Positions 21,923 to 32,653 of a DNA stretch of 64,000 nucleotides are shown piece by piece. The notes beneath the pieces were generated by a model, which made no database searches, was not told the DNA's origin, and saw nothing but the letters and a program-made list of their open reading frames with translations. This DNA is from Histomonas meleagridis 2922-C6/04-290x (lineage: Eukaryota > Protista > Parabasalia), in assembly GCA_020184695.1 (NCBI GenBank), contig JAANOX010000059.1, forward strand, positions 75,803 to 139,802, read 5' to 3'. A program made the translations under genes and the position numbers. Position 1 is the stretch's first letter, and each line of letters begins with the position of its first letter.

Positions 21923-24900
21923 TTAATCAATATTAGCAGGGACAAATACTAATGAAACATCATCAGTTGAAACAACGAAACGACAAAATTCATTTTCGAA
22001 CTTAATTGATGTAATTTTCGATTCACATTTCCACAAAATCTTTTTCTTCTTCAATGTTACAGCGTTATAAATTACAATTCTATTTTCTTGGTCGACTATT
22101 CCTATATAATCGAATTGTTTATCATTCCAAGCGTTTGCAGCTCCGATGATTTTGATGTCCAATTCAATTTCTCCTATCGGGCGACCGTTAACCGTATAAT
22201 TTTTTATATAAAATTTATCGTTACCTTCAGCAATAACAACAATAGTACCCATTGAATGACAAATTATAATATCAGTTACATGTATATTTTGCTTAAATCC
22301 AAGGTCAATAACTCTTAACAAAGATAATTGTGGTAAGGTACTAATCACTAATGAATTATCTTTTGAACATGTAACAACAATTCCATATTCGACACTTGCT
22401 ACGCAATATATAACAGCGTCATGATGAACCATTAATGTATTAATTAAATTAATTCGTAAGTCTTTTTCTTTATATTTCCATAAGCCAATACAAGAATCTT
22501 CTCCACCACTAATGATATAATTCTCAAATGAACAAATGCATAAAATCGTTGATAAGTGTGGTGTGTTATTACTAACTATAATTGATCGAGTATTCGCATC
22601 GAACACACGTAAAAACAATGAGTTCTCAGCCGCATAAGCAAATGAAGTATCAGATAAATATGATATTAACTTTGGCGTCTTTGGAAACACTACAAGTTTC
22701 TTTGACTTAAAATTAACTTCGAAATATGACGAAGCAGATCGAATGCAAAACAATTTGTTGTTTTGTAGAACAGTATAAACCTTTAAATCATCAAATGAAT
22801 TATTAAGTGTCTTAAATTGAACAACAGGTGCAACAATATTTTGCAAGAAAAAAATTCGCTGTTCTTCAGATTCTTTAATTTTTTGTGATGTCGGATGTGG
22901 AGAAGTAAATAATTGTTGTGGAATTTCTCCAACGGAATTTAAGAATTCGACAACTAAACTTTCTTCAGTATGACTTTTGATTTTGCTCCAAACATTAGGG
23001 AAAACTTGTGGTGGAAATGTATTCATATCTTCTGCTGATGATTGTTTAACGCCCCATATTAAATCAATCCATAGATTTAAGTTATTACGTACGTAATTAC
23101 TTTCTAATGCACAAATATGATTATATATTTGTTCAACTGGTGTTTCCCATTCATTAGAAAGATTGACATTTGAAATAGATACATCTTTATCATCTCTACC
23201 TAAATCAAAATTATTTGAATTCTCTAAAAATTCGCAATCAAAATAAAATTCTGGAATATATTCTTTGATCGATTTACAAATTCGAATTGTCGATTCAACA
23301 TTACCTCTAATAGAAAAGAATAATCTTGATGGGACATCAAATCGACCATCTTGAAGTTTAATATGTAATGAAGTAAAAGGCTCTAAACGTATTAAATATA
23401 ATGCAACCAAAAAAGTGCTGATGTAAAGTGCTGAAAACAGATAATTTCTGCCAGAGCATTTAATTGTTTCATTAAGCGTGCGTAAACCAGTCAAATTTTG
23501 ATACAAAATATTTTTTGATAAATCTCTATAAATTTTCGGATCTTCAAAATCCAAATTTTTAGTATCAAAATCAACTAATAAAATAGGGAAAACAGGATAA
23601 ATTCTTGTATCTAAAAATGATCTTCCTGATAATAAATTTAACCATATTAAATAATCGAAATTACTTAATTGATGATTTCTCCAACGTTGAGTTAATTTAA
23701 GGTTTTCTATTTCAATATTTGGAGGATTTTCTTGGAAAAATATTTTATTAGGTAAAGAAATCTTCTTTAGATTTGATACGAATTTATGTGATTTTTGTTT
23801 CGGAAAAACAAATAAATAACATTTATGATTTGTAGTAAATATTTGTATTGATTGAGGAATTTGATCATTCCAACACCAAAACAAATATTGAACTTTAGTG
23901 TTCTTAATGAAAACACTTTTATTCTCTGCAGAATAATAATAACCTTTTGCGGTGACATAAAACATTCCAATATCATTTTCATTTTGAATTATTAATTGTC
24001 GATGACAATCATCACTCCAAATGATTTGTTGGTTCATTATAGTTAATAATAGTTTATGATCTTTCTCACAATCTTTAAAATATGTTACTGTTGATAATGG
24101 TTCATTAGATTGGATATCTTTAGCTCGTTGCCATCTTAACATTGATTCTTTAGAATGATTATCAAAATGATTATTTTGTGTTTCTATTATTGGCCTAAAA
24201 CGAAAATCAAATTGATTTCCTCGTTTAAAATATTGATGTTTCTTATGTTGATAAAATGGTGAACGATTATATGATAATGATGAATATAAACGTTGCCATT
24301 GTTTACGAAAATCATTTATTTGTGATTTATATTTTAATTTCTTTAATATTTCTGTTATTAATGGTTTAATTACAGGAATTTCGATTTTATATATTTTTAA
24401 TGTTTTATAAAATTCATCATATAATTGATAAGAAATTTCTACATTTTCAGTAACTGTATAAGAATTTATATTTTGTTCTGGTGTTTTATAAGCTATTAAT
24501 GAAAAATATTTTTCATTTTCTTTGTTTTGAGTTAAACCTTCAAAGATTTCTTGAATTATATTAATTATTTCTTGTGAATTAGTTTTATATAAAAATGAAC
24601 AAAGTATAAAAAATGGTAAAATATTTAAATCTTTTTCTTGTATTAAAGTTTTATATAAATTTATTAAATGAAATATTGATTTTGAATCTTGCCATTCATT
24701 ATTATATATATGTGCACCATAAATTGGTTCAAAATTTAATTGTATAAAATAATTAAATTGAAATATATCGAATTCAATTGTAGGAATCATATTTTTTGTA
24801 GGTTCAATAATTGATGAATGATAATTATAAAAATAATATGAACAAATTAATGAAGTAAAATTATTTAAAAGATTAACATCGTTATTAATTTTGTTTATAA

Positions 24901-27900
24901 TATTAATAATTAAATTATTAATTATTGTTCGATCATTACTTTTCTTTAACATTAAAATAATATCAAAACATGATAACATACAATTTAAGAAATTAAAATC
25001 TTCAATTAATATTTCATCAATATAATTAATTAATTTATTCCATTTAAATAAAATTGCAAAACTTAAGAAATATGTAAAAAATGTAGTTTTTGGATATTGT
25101 TTAAATTTTTTAGTCTTAAATGATTTCTTAATATATTTATAAACAAATTTTGAATCTTTTTCATCTAATTTATATGATAATACTATTATTATTGGAATAT
25201 ATTGAATGTTTTTTGTTTGACATAAATATTTTGTTAATTCATGTAATACATCAATTGATAATTGATCAATTTGTTGAACAAAAAATAACAAAAATTGTTC
25301 ATAAAAATCTTCATTTGTTGAAACAAAATTATTAATTAAAATTGATAAATTTTTTGCATTTGAACAATATATAATTTTCGTCTTTAAAATAAATTTTGTT
25401 ATTTCTTCTTTCATATCATGATTATTTACTAAAATTTGTAATATTGAACATATTATTTCATCATTAATATTTTTAGTTTCTATTAATCTAATCAAGAAAA
25501 CAATATTTTTATAAGAATTAATACATTGAAATAATTTAATTAATATAGTTTCAAATGATTCTAATATTTTTTTATTAATTTTTTGTGATAAAATACATTT
25601 ATGAAAGAAATATAATACTTTATCAAAAATGTTTTGTAATTCATCTTTATCAGTAATTTTTATTATAATTTTATGCCAATCATTTAAAATAATTTGAATT
25701 GTTGAAATTTTCGAATTTTTCCATAATTCGGAATGAAATAAAAGACAATAATTATAATCATTTGAAGAATGAAATGTTTCTTTATATTTATATATCATTT
25801 TCCATATTTCACATGTAATTAACTTTTCTTTTTCTATTAAAAAATAACTTATGATTGAAAATCCACCAAATGAATTCATTTGTTCTAAAAAAGTCGTATT
25901 ATTTGATAATACTTTAAATAAAAAATTGATTAAAATTTTAAGATATTTATATTTATCTTCAGTAATAAATTGTATCAATGTTACTATATAAGGAATACCT
26001 TTAGATGCTTCAAAAACTCTTCCAAATTTATTAACAAACTTAAACATTATTCCATGATATTGACTTGATTGATTTTTTACATAATAAAATGTATTATTTT
26101 TTTCTAATTTTGTTGTATATAAGAAAATTAATTTAGGTTCACCTAATAAAAGTGGAAATTTCTTTATTGGAGTTTTATATATTTGTTTTATTAATGTTTT
26201 CGGTACAGGTAATGAATAAAAACTAATTTGTGTAAATAACATATCAGCCATTTTATTATTATCAAAATTATTTTTATATATATAAATATGATCAAATCCT
26301 TCAAACAAAACGTTTGTCTTTAATTTTACTTTAATTTCAAATTTATTATTTAATAATATTCTAATATAATTTGATGAATTATATTCGAAATATAAATTAT
26401 TCCATTGATTAATTTTTATAATAAAATTATGTGTAATTGGATCAAATAAATCATTTGATGATTTAATTTCGATTTTCTCATTATATAAATTTATTAAAAT
26501 ATTTGTTTTATTATTCTCGAAATTTAATAACGTTATAAAATCATCAAAAAAATCAGAAATTAAAAACCATAAAGATAATGCAAAACCATTTGAATAATCT
26601 TTAAATGAAATTCCTGGAAATGTAATATAATCTAAACTTGAAGATAATAATAAAAAAGTATCAACATTATCTTCTTTATAAGATATAATCTTTTCCATAT
26701 ATTTTAACATTTCTGGATAAAATACTTCAATTTGTTGATAATTTTGAGGATTTAAATAACGTAAATATGTAAATAATGTTTGTCGATCACAAATTACCAT
26801 TGATATTCTTGTAAAGATGTTTAATAATAATCTGAAAATCGTTTCATTAGTTGTTGATTCCATTTCTTGAAGTATTAATGAATGGAAATTATAATGATAA
26901 CATTTATAACATTGAATTCTTGATTTTGATGTAATTTCTTTAAGTAATTGTAAGAAATCATTTTTATATTGAGTACTTAAAATAATTTTTGCTATTTCAT
27001 ATGAATATTTAGATTTAATTTGGATGTTATTAGATTGATTATTATTTATTAATTTTAATAAATATTTATATATTGTTTCATTAAATTCAATCGATAAAAT
27101 TCCTTTATTAATATTATCCCATTCGATTTTAATGTTTTCTACTACATTTGGTTCCATAAAATTTTTTAGAAATTTAAGAAATTTTATAGGTTCTAATGTA
27201 TTAGTTTCAAATTTTGTTGTCATTATTAATAAATAATTATGAGCAAAATCAATTTTGAATTCATATGATAAATCTTTTAAGAAATTAGTAAATATTTCGA
27301 TCCAATAATAATATAAATCATTTTGTTCATTCATAGTTTGTAAAAAACTTTTTATTATTAAACTATTAGAAAACAAATCAAAATCATTTTTATAATTTAC
27401 TAATAAAATCGAAAAAATATTTAAAACATTTGAAGAACATTCATTATTTTTTAGACAAGAAATTAATTTCTCAATGAAAAACTCACTTTCGGAAATTTTT
27501 TTTGATAATTCAACTTGATTTTTTAACAAAGTATAAAGAATTTGTAAGAACATATCGAAATTATCTGGAAAAATTCTTAATTTTTCTTCAATACAAAATT
27601 TGAATGAATCAATAAATTGTGAATTATATGTTAAAGAAGATTGATTCATATTAAGAATCATTTCAATTACTAATGATATATTTGTATTAATAAAAAATGA
27701 TATAAATATTTGTTGGATTTGAAATAAAGTTGAATAACTAATAATGATTTTAAATTCTAAAAATCGAATTGGTATTAAAATCGATAACTTTTTGTTGTTT
27801 ATTGATTCAAATATATTTATATTTGGATCAAATATTTCTTTATTAAGAAATAAATCAGGAAGTGTAATTTTTGTATCTTTAAATAGTTTTATAAATTTAT

Positions 27901-28960
27901 TATTTTCAAGTCTTAAAAAATATAAAAAAAGAAATGTAAAAGTTGTTAAGTTAACACTGTATAATTCATCATCATTAGATTTAAATAATGTTTTTAAAAA
28001 AATAAAAATTGAGTTTTTTGATAATAATTGTGTAAGTTCTATAAATTTACCTATGATATGATTAGATTGATTTAAATAAAAACTAATTGATTTAATCTCA
28101 TGAAATAAATCATTTGGATTTGTAGAAACAATTGGAAACTCAATGTTTTGGAGTGGATTTCGTTCAATTATTTCATATATTAATTGTGGAAAATTAGGAA
28201 ATTCACATTTAGTAAGGCGAATAAATTCAACACAAAGTCCAAGTGTTGGAATAATTAAAGAATCATTAATATTATTTGTAATCATTTCTTTAACACAATT
28301 ATAAATCGCTAATAATGAATCATTTACAGAAACTTCTAATTTCTGTAATGTTGTTGCAATGTTTAAAATATATAATATATGAATATTAGCATTGATTTGA
28401 TGTTCAGTATTTGTTTTAGCTTTATGAAAATGAAGTAATATATTGCAAATAGTTAAATGCTCACGAAAAAAATAATCTGGTAAATTCCCAAATGTCAATA
28501 ATAAAGAATGTAACTCTGTAAAAATGGAAGATAAACCTGGATAGCCCGCAGAAATTTTATAAACATTATGAAATAATTTAATTATTATTTCTTGATAATT
28601 AGAATTTAATAGTTTATACGACAAATTTAAGGCTTTTAAAAAAATAATCCAGGTGTCAATGGATGCTTCTAATATGTTTGCATAAACGAATGGAATAAAA
28701 TTTTGAAGTAAAAATATTCCAATTTGTTTTGTATCTTGGGCTCTATCTTCCATTGAGCTAAATTCCCTTTCAATATAGCTAAGAGTAGAAGAATATTTCC
28801 TTAAATCTTCTAATTCGATACCATAACCATTACTTAAAATACTTGTCTCTGGTGAGAATGTTCTATTTGTTACTACGTCCTTTGGAAATGGAAGTTTTGA
28901 AACTTTCTTTTTAAGTATTTTTCTAATTTCTTTATCAAATTCATCGCAATTTCCTTCCAT
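21923..28960 (-). CDS. BEACH-domain protein (ConA-like, PH, BEACH, WD40)
   Basis: 2345 aa; LSNFDYLIWLNLLSGRSF, YPVFP, YLIRLEPFT, FDVPSRLF, IPEFY, WIDLIWG, PQQLF..PHP; C-terminal WD40. Confidence 0.93.
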   Translation of the reverse strand: MEGNCDEFDKEIRKILKKKVSKLPFPKDVVTNRTFSPETSILSNGYGIELEDLRKYSSTLSYIEREFSSMEDRAQDTKQIGIFLLQNFIPFVYANILEASIDTWIIFLKALNLSYKLLNSNYQEIIIKLFHNVYKISAGYPGLSSIFTELHSLLLTFGNLPDYFFREHLTICNILLHFHKAKTNTEHQINANIHILYILNIATTLQKLEVSVNDSLLAIYNCVKEMITNNINDSLIIPTLGLCVEFIRLTKCEFPNFPQLIYEIIERNPLQNIEFPIVSTNPNDLFHEIKSISFYLNQSNHIIGKFIELTQLLSKNSIFIFLKTLFKSNDDELYSVNLTTFTFLFLYFLRLENNKFIKLFKDTKITLPDLFLNKEIFDPNINIFESINNKKLSILIPIRFLEFKIIISYSTLFQIQQIFISFFINTNISLVIEMILNMNQSSLTYNSQFIDSFKFCIEEKLRIFPDNFDMFLQILYTLLKNQVELSKKISESEFFIEKLISCLKNNECSSNVLNIFSILLVNYKNDFDLFSNSLIIKSFLQTMNEQNDLYYYWIEIFTNFLKDLSYEFKIDFAHNYLLIMTTKFETNTLEPIKFLKFLKNFMEPNVVENIKIEWDNINKGILSIEFNETIYKYLLKLINNNQSNNIQIKSKYSYEIAKIILSTQYKNDFLQLLKEITSKSRIQCYKCYHYNFHSLILQEMESTTNETIFRLLLNIFTRISMVICDRQTLFTYLRYLNPQNYQQIEVFYPEMLKYMEKIISYKEDNVDTFLLLSSSLDYITFPGISFKDYSNGFALSLWFLISDFFDDFITLLNFENNKTNILINLYNEKIEIKSSNDLFDPITHNFIIKINQWNNLYFEYNSSNYIRILLNNKFEIKVKLKTNVLFEGFDHIYIYKNNFDNNKMADMLFTQISFYSLPVPKTLIKQIYKTPIKKFPLLLGEPKLIFLYTTKLEKNNTFYYVKNQSSQYHGIMFKFVNKFGRVFEASKGIPYIVTLIQFITEDKYKYLKILINFLFKVLSNNTTFLEQMNSFGGFSIISYFLIEKEKLITCEIWKMIYKYKETFHSSNDYNYCLLFHSELWKNSKISTIQIILNDWHKIIIKITDKDELQNIFDKVLYFFHKCILSQKINKKILESFETILIKLFQCINSYKNIVFLIRLIETKNINDEIICSILQILVNNHDMKEEITKFILKTKIIYCSNAKNLSILINNFVSTNEDFYEQFLLFFVQQIDQLSIDVLHELTKYLCQTKNIQYIPIIIVLSYKLDEKDSKFVYKYIKKSFKTKKFKQYPKTTFFTYFLSFAILFKWNKLINYIDEILIEDFNFLNCMLSCFDIILMLKKSNDRTIINNLIINIINKINNDVNLLNNFTSLICSYYFYNYHSSIIEPTKNMIPTIEFDIFQFNYFIQLNFEPIYGAHIYNNEWQDSKSIFHLINLYKTLIQEKDLNILPFFILCSFLYKTNSQEIINIIQEIFEGLTQNKENEKYFSLIAYKTPEQNINSYTVTENVEISYQLYDEFYKTLKIYKIEIPVIKPLITEILKKLKYKSQINDFRKQWQRLYSSLSYNRSPFYQHKKHQYFKRGNQFDFRFRPIIETQNNHFDNHSKESMLRWQRAKDIQSNEPLSTVTYFKDCEKDHKLLLTIMNQQIIWSDDCHRQLIIQNENDIGMFYVTAKGYYYSAENKSVFIKNTKVQYLFWCWNDQIPQSIQIFTTNHKCYLFVFPKQKSHKFVSNLKKISLPNKIFFQENPPNIEIENLKLTQRWRNHQLSNFDYLIWLNLLSGRSFLDTRIYPVFPILLVDFDTKNLDFEDPKIYRDLSKNILYQNLTGLRTLNETIKCSGRNYLFSALYISTFLVALYLIRLEPFTSLHIKLQDGRFDVPSRLFFSIRGNVESTIRICKSIKEYIPEFYFDCEFLENSNNFDLGRDDKDVSISNVNLSNEWETPVEQIYNHICALESNYVRNNLNLWIDLIWGVKQSSAEDMNTFPPQVFPNVWSKIKSHTEESLVVEFLNSVGEIPQQLFTSPHPTSQKIKESEEQRIFFLQNIVAPVVQFKTLNNSFDDLKVYTVLQNNKLFCIRSASSYFEVNFKSKKLVVFPKTPKLISYLSDTSFAYAAENSLFLRVFDANTRSIIVSNNTPHLSTILCICSFENYIISGGEDSCIGLWKYKEKDLRINLINTLMVHHDAVIYCVASVEYGIVVTCSKDNSLVISTLPQLSLLRVIDLGFKQNIHVTDIIICHSMGTIVVIAEGNDKFYIKNYTVNGRPIGEIELDIKIIGAANAWNDKQFDYIGIVDQENRIVIYNAVTLKKKKILWKCESKITSIKFENEFCRFVVSTDDVSLVFVPANID

Positions 28961-29750
28961 TTTTCCCTGAGAATTGAATAGTTTACATGTCGTTTAACCA
29001 AAAATGCAAAACGCAAAAAAAATTTTAATAGTTTACAAACAGTGTAAAGAATTTAATTTCAATGAATTAAACGCATTTACCTAGCTGAACCAGCCAAATT
29101 AACGGTTCCCACAATGGATATTCATTATATTTAGTGAAAAATTCTGTAGGTTAATGACATTAATCAAAAATAGAACACAATGACCTATTTTTTATATTTT
29201 AAAGATCAATTCCAAATTTTTTGGCTGGTAGAAAATTACATCATTTCGTACAAACAATGATTTTTAAGGACATTTTTCGTACATACAAATGCTAAAGATT
29301 TTCGTAGAAAGGTGCATGCTATGTTTTGATTTTTATTTTATAATTTTGTTGCAAATTTCGATTTCATTATATGAGCAAAAAACTGTCTTAATATAATTGA
29401 TAAATTTTTTTATTGTTATATTTCTTTTTTCTAGGGGGAAAAAAAGGAAGCTATGTACAAAAAAATAAAAACAAATTTTAGTGTTAATTTTGCTGTTTAA
29501 ACCTTCATCTCCAAGAAATCCAGACGTATTTGAATTGGTGTTCAAATTTGATGGATTATGTTATTATCACGCAACATTTCAAACGGAATTTTCTTTTTAT
29601 TATTTTTATATCCATGGATATCCATGTATAAAAAATAATTCAATCTTAAAATGAATATTGTAGTGATTTTTTCTAATTCATTGTCTGTAATTTTAACAAT
29701 GTATAATCAATGTAATTTTTTTGCATAAAAAGATAGTGTTAGTTGGTAAA

Positions 29751-29870
29751 AGTTATTGTTTAGCAACAAGCTGTTGGGCGCTGGTGGTAAGAATCTCCTT
29801 TTGAGAAGGGGACTTGACGTCATTGTCCTGGAACATGAGAAGGTTGTGAACAACATTTGAAATGTTTGTA
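29751..29870 (-). pseudogene. Diverged fragment of an RPL18A C-terminus
   Basis: VVHNLLMFQDNDVK-SPSQKEILTTSAQQ aligns to RPL18A VVHHNLRMFLNPGVK...PSQKKIFSSKRPT; DNA cacaaccttc(t/g)catgttcc is shared. Confidence 0.6.
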
Positions 29871-29989
29871 GATGATAATTTTTTGTTATCTATTTTTTTC
29901 CGTTAATTTTTCATCTCAAAACTCATCATATGATATATATATAAATGAAATAACAAAAAACTAGCAATATATATAGTTAACGTGATATT

Positions 29990-30517
29990 TTAGAAACCGC
30001 AAACTGTGGGGCGTTTGCTAGAGAAAATCTTCTTTTGTGATGGATGTGTTGGACGTATTGATTTCTTAAGGATTGGGAACTTGACGCCAGGGTTAAGGAA
30101 CATGCGAAGGTTGTGATGAACTACATCTTCATCTTTGATTTCGCTAACACGAATGATGGAAATATTCTTGGCTTGAACATTATGAGTACCAGCCATTTCT
30201 TGATAAAGACGTAAAACAGCACCCTCTGTTGTTGTGTCACGGAATTCCTTGTAAATGTTGTTAATTGAATTTGTAGCACGATAAGTTAACCAAATTCCAT
30301 AGTTTTTAACGCGCTCTGGTTCAGGTTCAATAACATGCTTAACTGCAAGGATTTCACCATGTGATTTCTTAAGACGAGCAATGCGACGAGCAACACCCCA
30401 GAATTTTGATTTTGCAATAACTTCATCAGGAGCAAAAACTTGAACGCGAATAGCAGCTGGGTTTGGAACTGCTTCAGTTGGAAGAGGACGTGCAATGACC
30501 TCGTAGTTCTTGAGCAT
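29990..30517 (-). CDS. RPL18A: 60S ribosomal protein L18a (eL20)
   Basis: AKSKFW, VKNYGIWL, YKEFRD..GAV..LYQEMAGTH; high-expression codon bias. Confidence 0.95.
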   Translation of the reverse strand: MLKNYEVIARPLPTEAVPNPAAIRVQVFAPDEVIAKSKFWGVARRIARLKKSHGEILAVKHVIEPEPERVKNYGIWLTYRATNSINNIYKEFRDTTTEGAVLRLYQEMAGTHNVQAKNISIIRVSEIKDEDVVHHNLRMFLNPGVKFPILKKSIRPTHPSQKKIFSSKRPTVCGF

Positions 30518-30522
30518 CTGTA

Positions 30523-30532
30523 AAAAGGATGG
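30523..30532 (-). promoter_or_regulatory. M5-like (CCTTT) core promoter element of RPL18A
   Basis: CCATCCTTTT on the minus strand 6 nt before the ATG. Confidence 0.65.
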
Positions 30533-30602
30533 ACCAAACCGACATGTTATTTGAAATCAAGACAAAACACGTTTATTTATTTAAAAAAATTAAACGGTCA
30601 TT

Positions 30603-31385
30603 TTAAACTGGTTTATTAATCTCATAATGAGCTATATAATTATTAAAGTATCGGAAGAGTTGAGCCCACCATTTCATTTCATCTGAAACACTCCAGTACT
30701 CAATGAACTTAATACCAGGACACATTGCTTCAATTTCTTTTGGATCATATGTTCCCCATTCAAAATGTGCTGATGTTTGTGATACTGTATCATGCATATC
30801 ACTGTGTGAAGCAATAAATGGAGTCATTAGTTCGACAACAAATGAAGCTCCGGGAAAATTAGTTTTAAGATATGTTAACATCTCAATATTTTGTTCACGA
30901 GTAAAATACATTGATGTTCCTTCACATAAAATAATTACCTTCCTTCCATTTACCTTAACGTCATTAGACCATGATTCATCAAATATACTTTTGGGTATAG
31001 CATGATGTCTTTCTGTATCTTCAATAAAGTTTCTTCTGAATTCTATAACTTCGGGTAAATCAAGGTCATACCAATCAAGTTGCCCATTATCTAATCGAAA
31101 GAATCTGGTGTCAAGTCCACAACCAAGATTGACAAAGACACAATTAGGATTTTCGTTAATAAGATTCCCCAAGCATCGATCAATTAGAATTGTCCTAGAT
31201 TGGCAACCAGTCATTGATAAATTCTTGTCGAATTTAGTAAAATCATAATCAATTTGATTCTTGATCTCAAGTGCTTTTGGATCAGAAAATCGAATTTCGT
31301 TTTGTGGTTTTTCTTGTTCAAGTGCCCTCGCAAGAAGAGGTATTAAAAGTGTTTCTGGTACACCAGTTAACTCACACTTTGACAT
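30603..31385 (-). CDS. SAM-dependent methyltransferase, TcmP/LCM family (bacterial type)
   Basis: GVPETLLIPLLARA, VNLGCGLDTRFFRL, WYDLDLPEVI, ILCEGTSMY. Confidence 0.9.
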   Translation of the reverse strand: MSKCELTGVPETLLIPLLARALEQEKPQNEIRFSDPKALEIKNQIDYDFTKFDKNLSMTGCQSRTILIDRCLGNLINENPNCVFVNLGCGLDTRFFRLDNGQLDWYDLDLPEVIEFRRNFIEDTERHHAIPKSIFDESWSNDVKVNGRKVIILCEGTSMYFTREQNIEMLTYLKTNFPGASFVVELMTPFIASHSDMHDTVSQTSAHFEWGTYDPKEIEAMCPGIKFIEYWSVSDEMKWWAQLFRYFNNYIAHYEINKPV

Positions 31386-31666
31386 CAGCGAAAAATGAAG
31401 TAAAAATTTTTAAAATAGACTATTTTAAAAGGCCTCTGAATATTGTGTAGTTTACTTATTTCACTTTCGATCGCTCCAAACGAAGCTGAAGTTGCAACCA
31501 AATTACAGTTACGGTTTCCAATCTTTTTATTTTTACCAATTGTATATATTTCTTACCTGTTTCTTATAAAATAAACATATTCGTCAATATATGAAGAAAA
31601 GCTGAAGGTACCACCTTTTAAAAAAGCACATATTGAGAAAATCTTAAATGAACATATATCTTTTCT

Positions 31667-32083
31667 TTAGTTACGCTCACCACGGATTCTTTGGGCAAGT
31701 TGAACATCACGTTCCATGATTGTAACACGATTTGCATGAATAGCGCAAAGGTTTGTATCTTCAAAGAGACCAACAAGATAAGCTTCTGAAGCTTCTTGAA
31801 GAGCTGCAATAGCTGATGATTGGAAACGAAGATCGCCACGGAATCCAGAAGCGATTTCACGAACAAGACGTTGGAATGGAAGCTTACGGATTAAAAGATC
31901 TGTACTCTTTTGATATTTACGAATTTCTCGAAGAGCAACTGTACCTGGTCTGAAACGATGTTGCTTCTTAGCACCTTGTGAATCAACAACTGGTGTTGAC
32001 TTACGAGCTGCCTTAGCACCAAGTGATTTACGTGGAGTCTTACCACCAGTAGATTTACGAGCTGTTTGTTTTGTACGAGCCAT
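31667..32083 (-). CDS. H3: Histone H3 (parabasalid-type N-tail)
   Basis: [29 protein letters not shown]...[19 protein letters not shown] histone fold. Confidence 0.99.
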   Translation of the reverse strand: MARTKQTARKSTGGKTPRKSLGAKAARKSTPVVDSQGAKKQHRFRPGTVALREIRKYQKSTDLLIRKLPFQRLVREIASGFRGDLRFQSSAIAALQEASEAYLVGLFEDTNLCAIHANRVTIMERDVQLAQRIRGERN

Positions 32084-32085
32084 TA

Positions 32086-32146
32086 AAAAAAATGAGCTGC
32101 TTTTTTTAGGGCGCCAAATTTGTTCAAAAAGCGCGGCTTTTATTGG
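32086..32146 (-). promoter_or_regulatory. H3 proximal promoter: CCAAT, TTTGGCGCC and Inr
   Basis: Minus strand has CCAAT (32146-32142), TTTGGCGCC (32118-32110) and TCATTTTTT (from 32095) before the ATG. Confidence 0.5.
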
Positions 32147-32653
32147 ATTTAAATGTCGTTTTAATCCACATAAAATTCAATACATTCTTAAAAATCTAAA
32201 CGTATAGACAATCAACTTAAGTTTTCATTCCTTATCGTATCTGATTAAAAATATATTCATTTTGATTTTGCAGATAAATTAGTGTAACATGAATAAATAT
32301 TTTGGCCGGACGGGAAGCTTGTTTCATTTTATTTGAATATAGCTTTGCTGGTACCAGAAAAAGGAATTGAATTAAAAGTGACATTTGGTACTTAAGTACA
32401 ATTTGATTTAAAGCTATGGTTTTGCCAAAGCACATGCCTAATGATGACACTACCAATAAAAGTTACATGTATAAACAAATGACTTTTTTGACTTTGACTT
32501 GTTTGGAAGCGCATAAAATAGATATACTGTGTATCTTTATCTAAAACTTCCAGTAATTTCATTAAGAACTCGTTATAATTTAACTGCATTTTATTATTAG
32601 TAATATAATGTATTAAAATCCAAATCCTTAACAATAAAAAATGTTTAATATTA

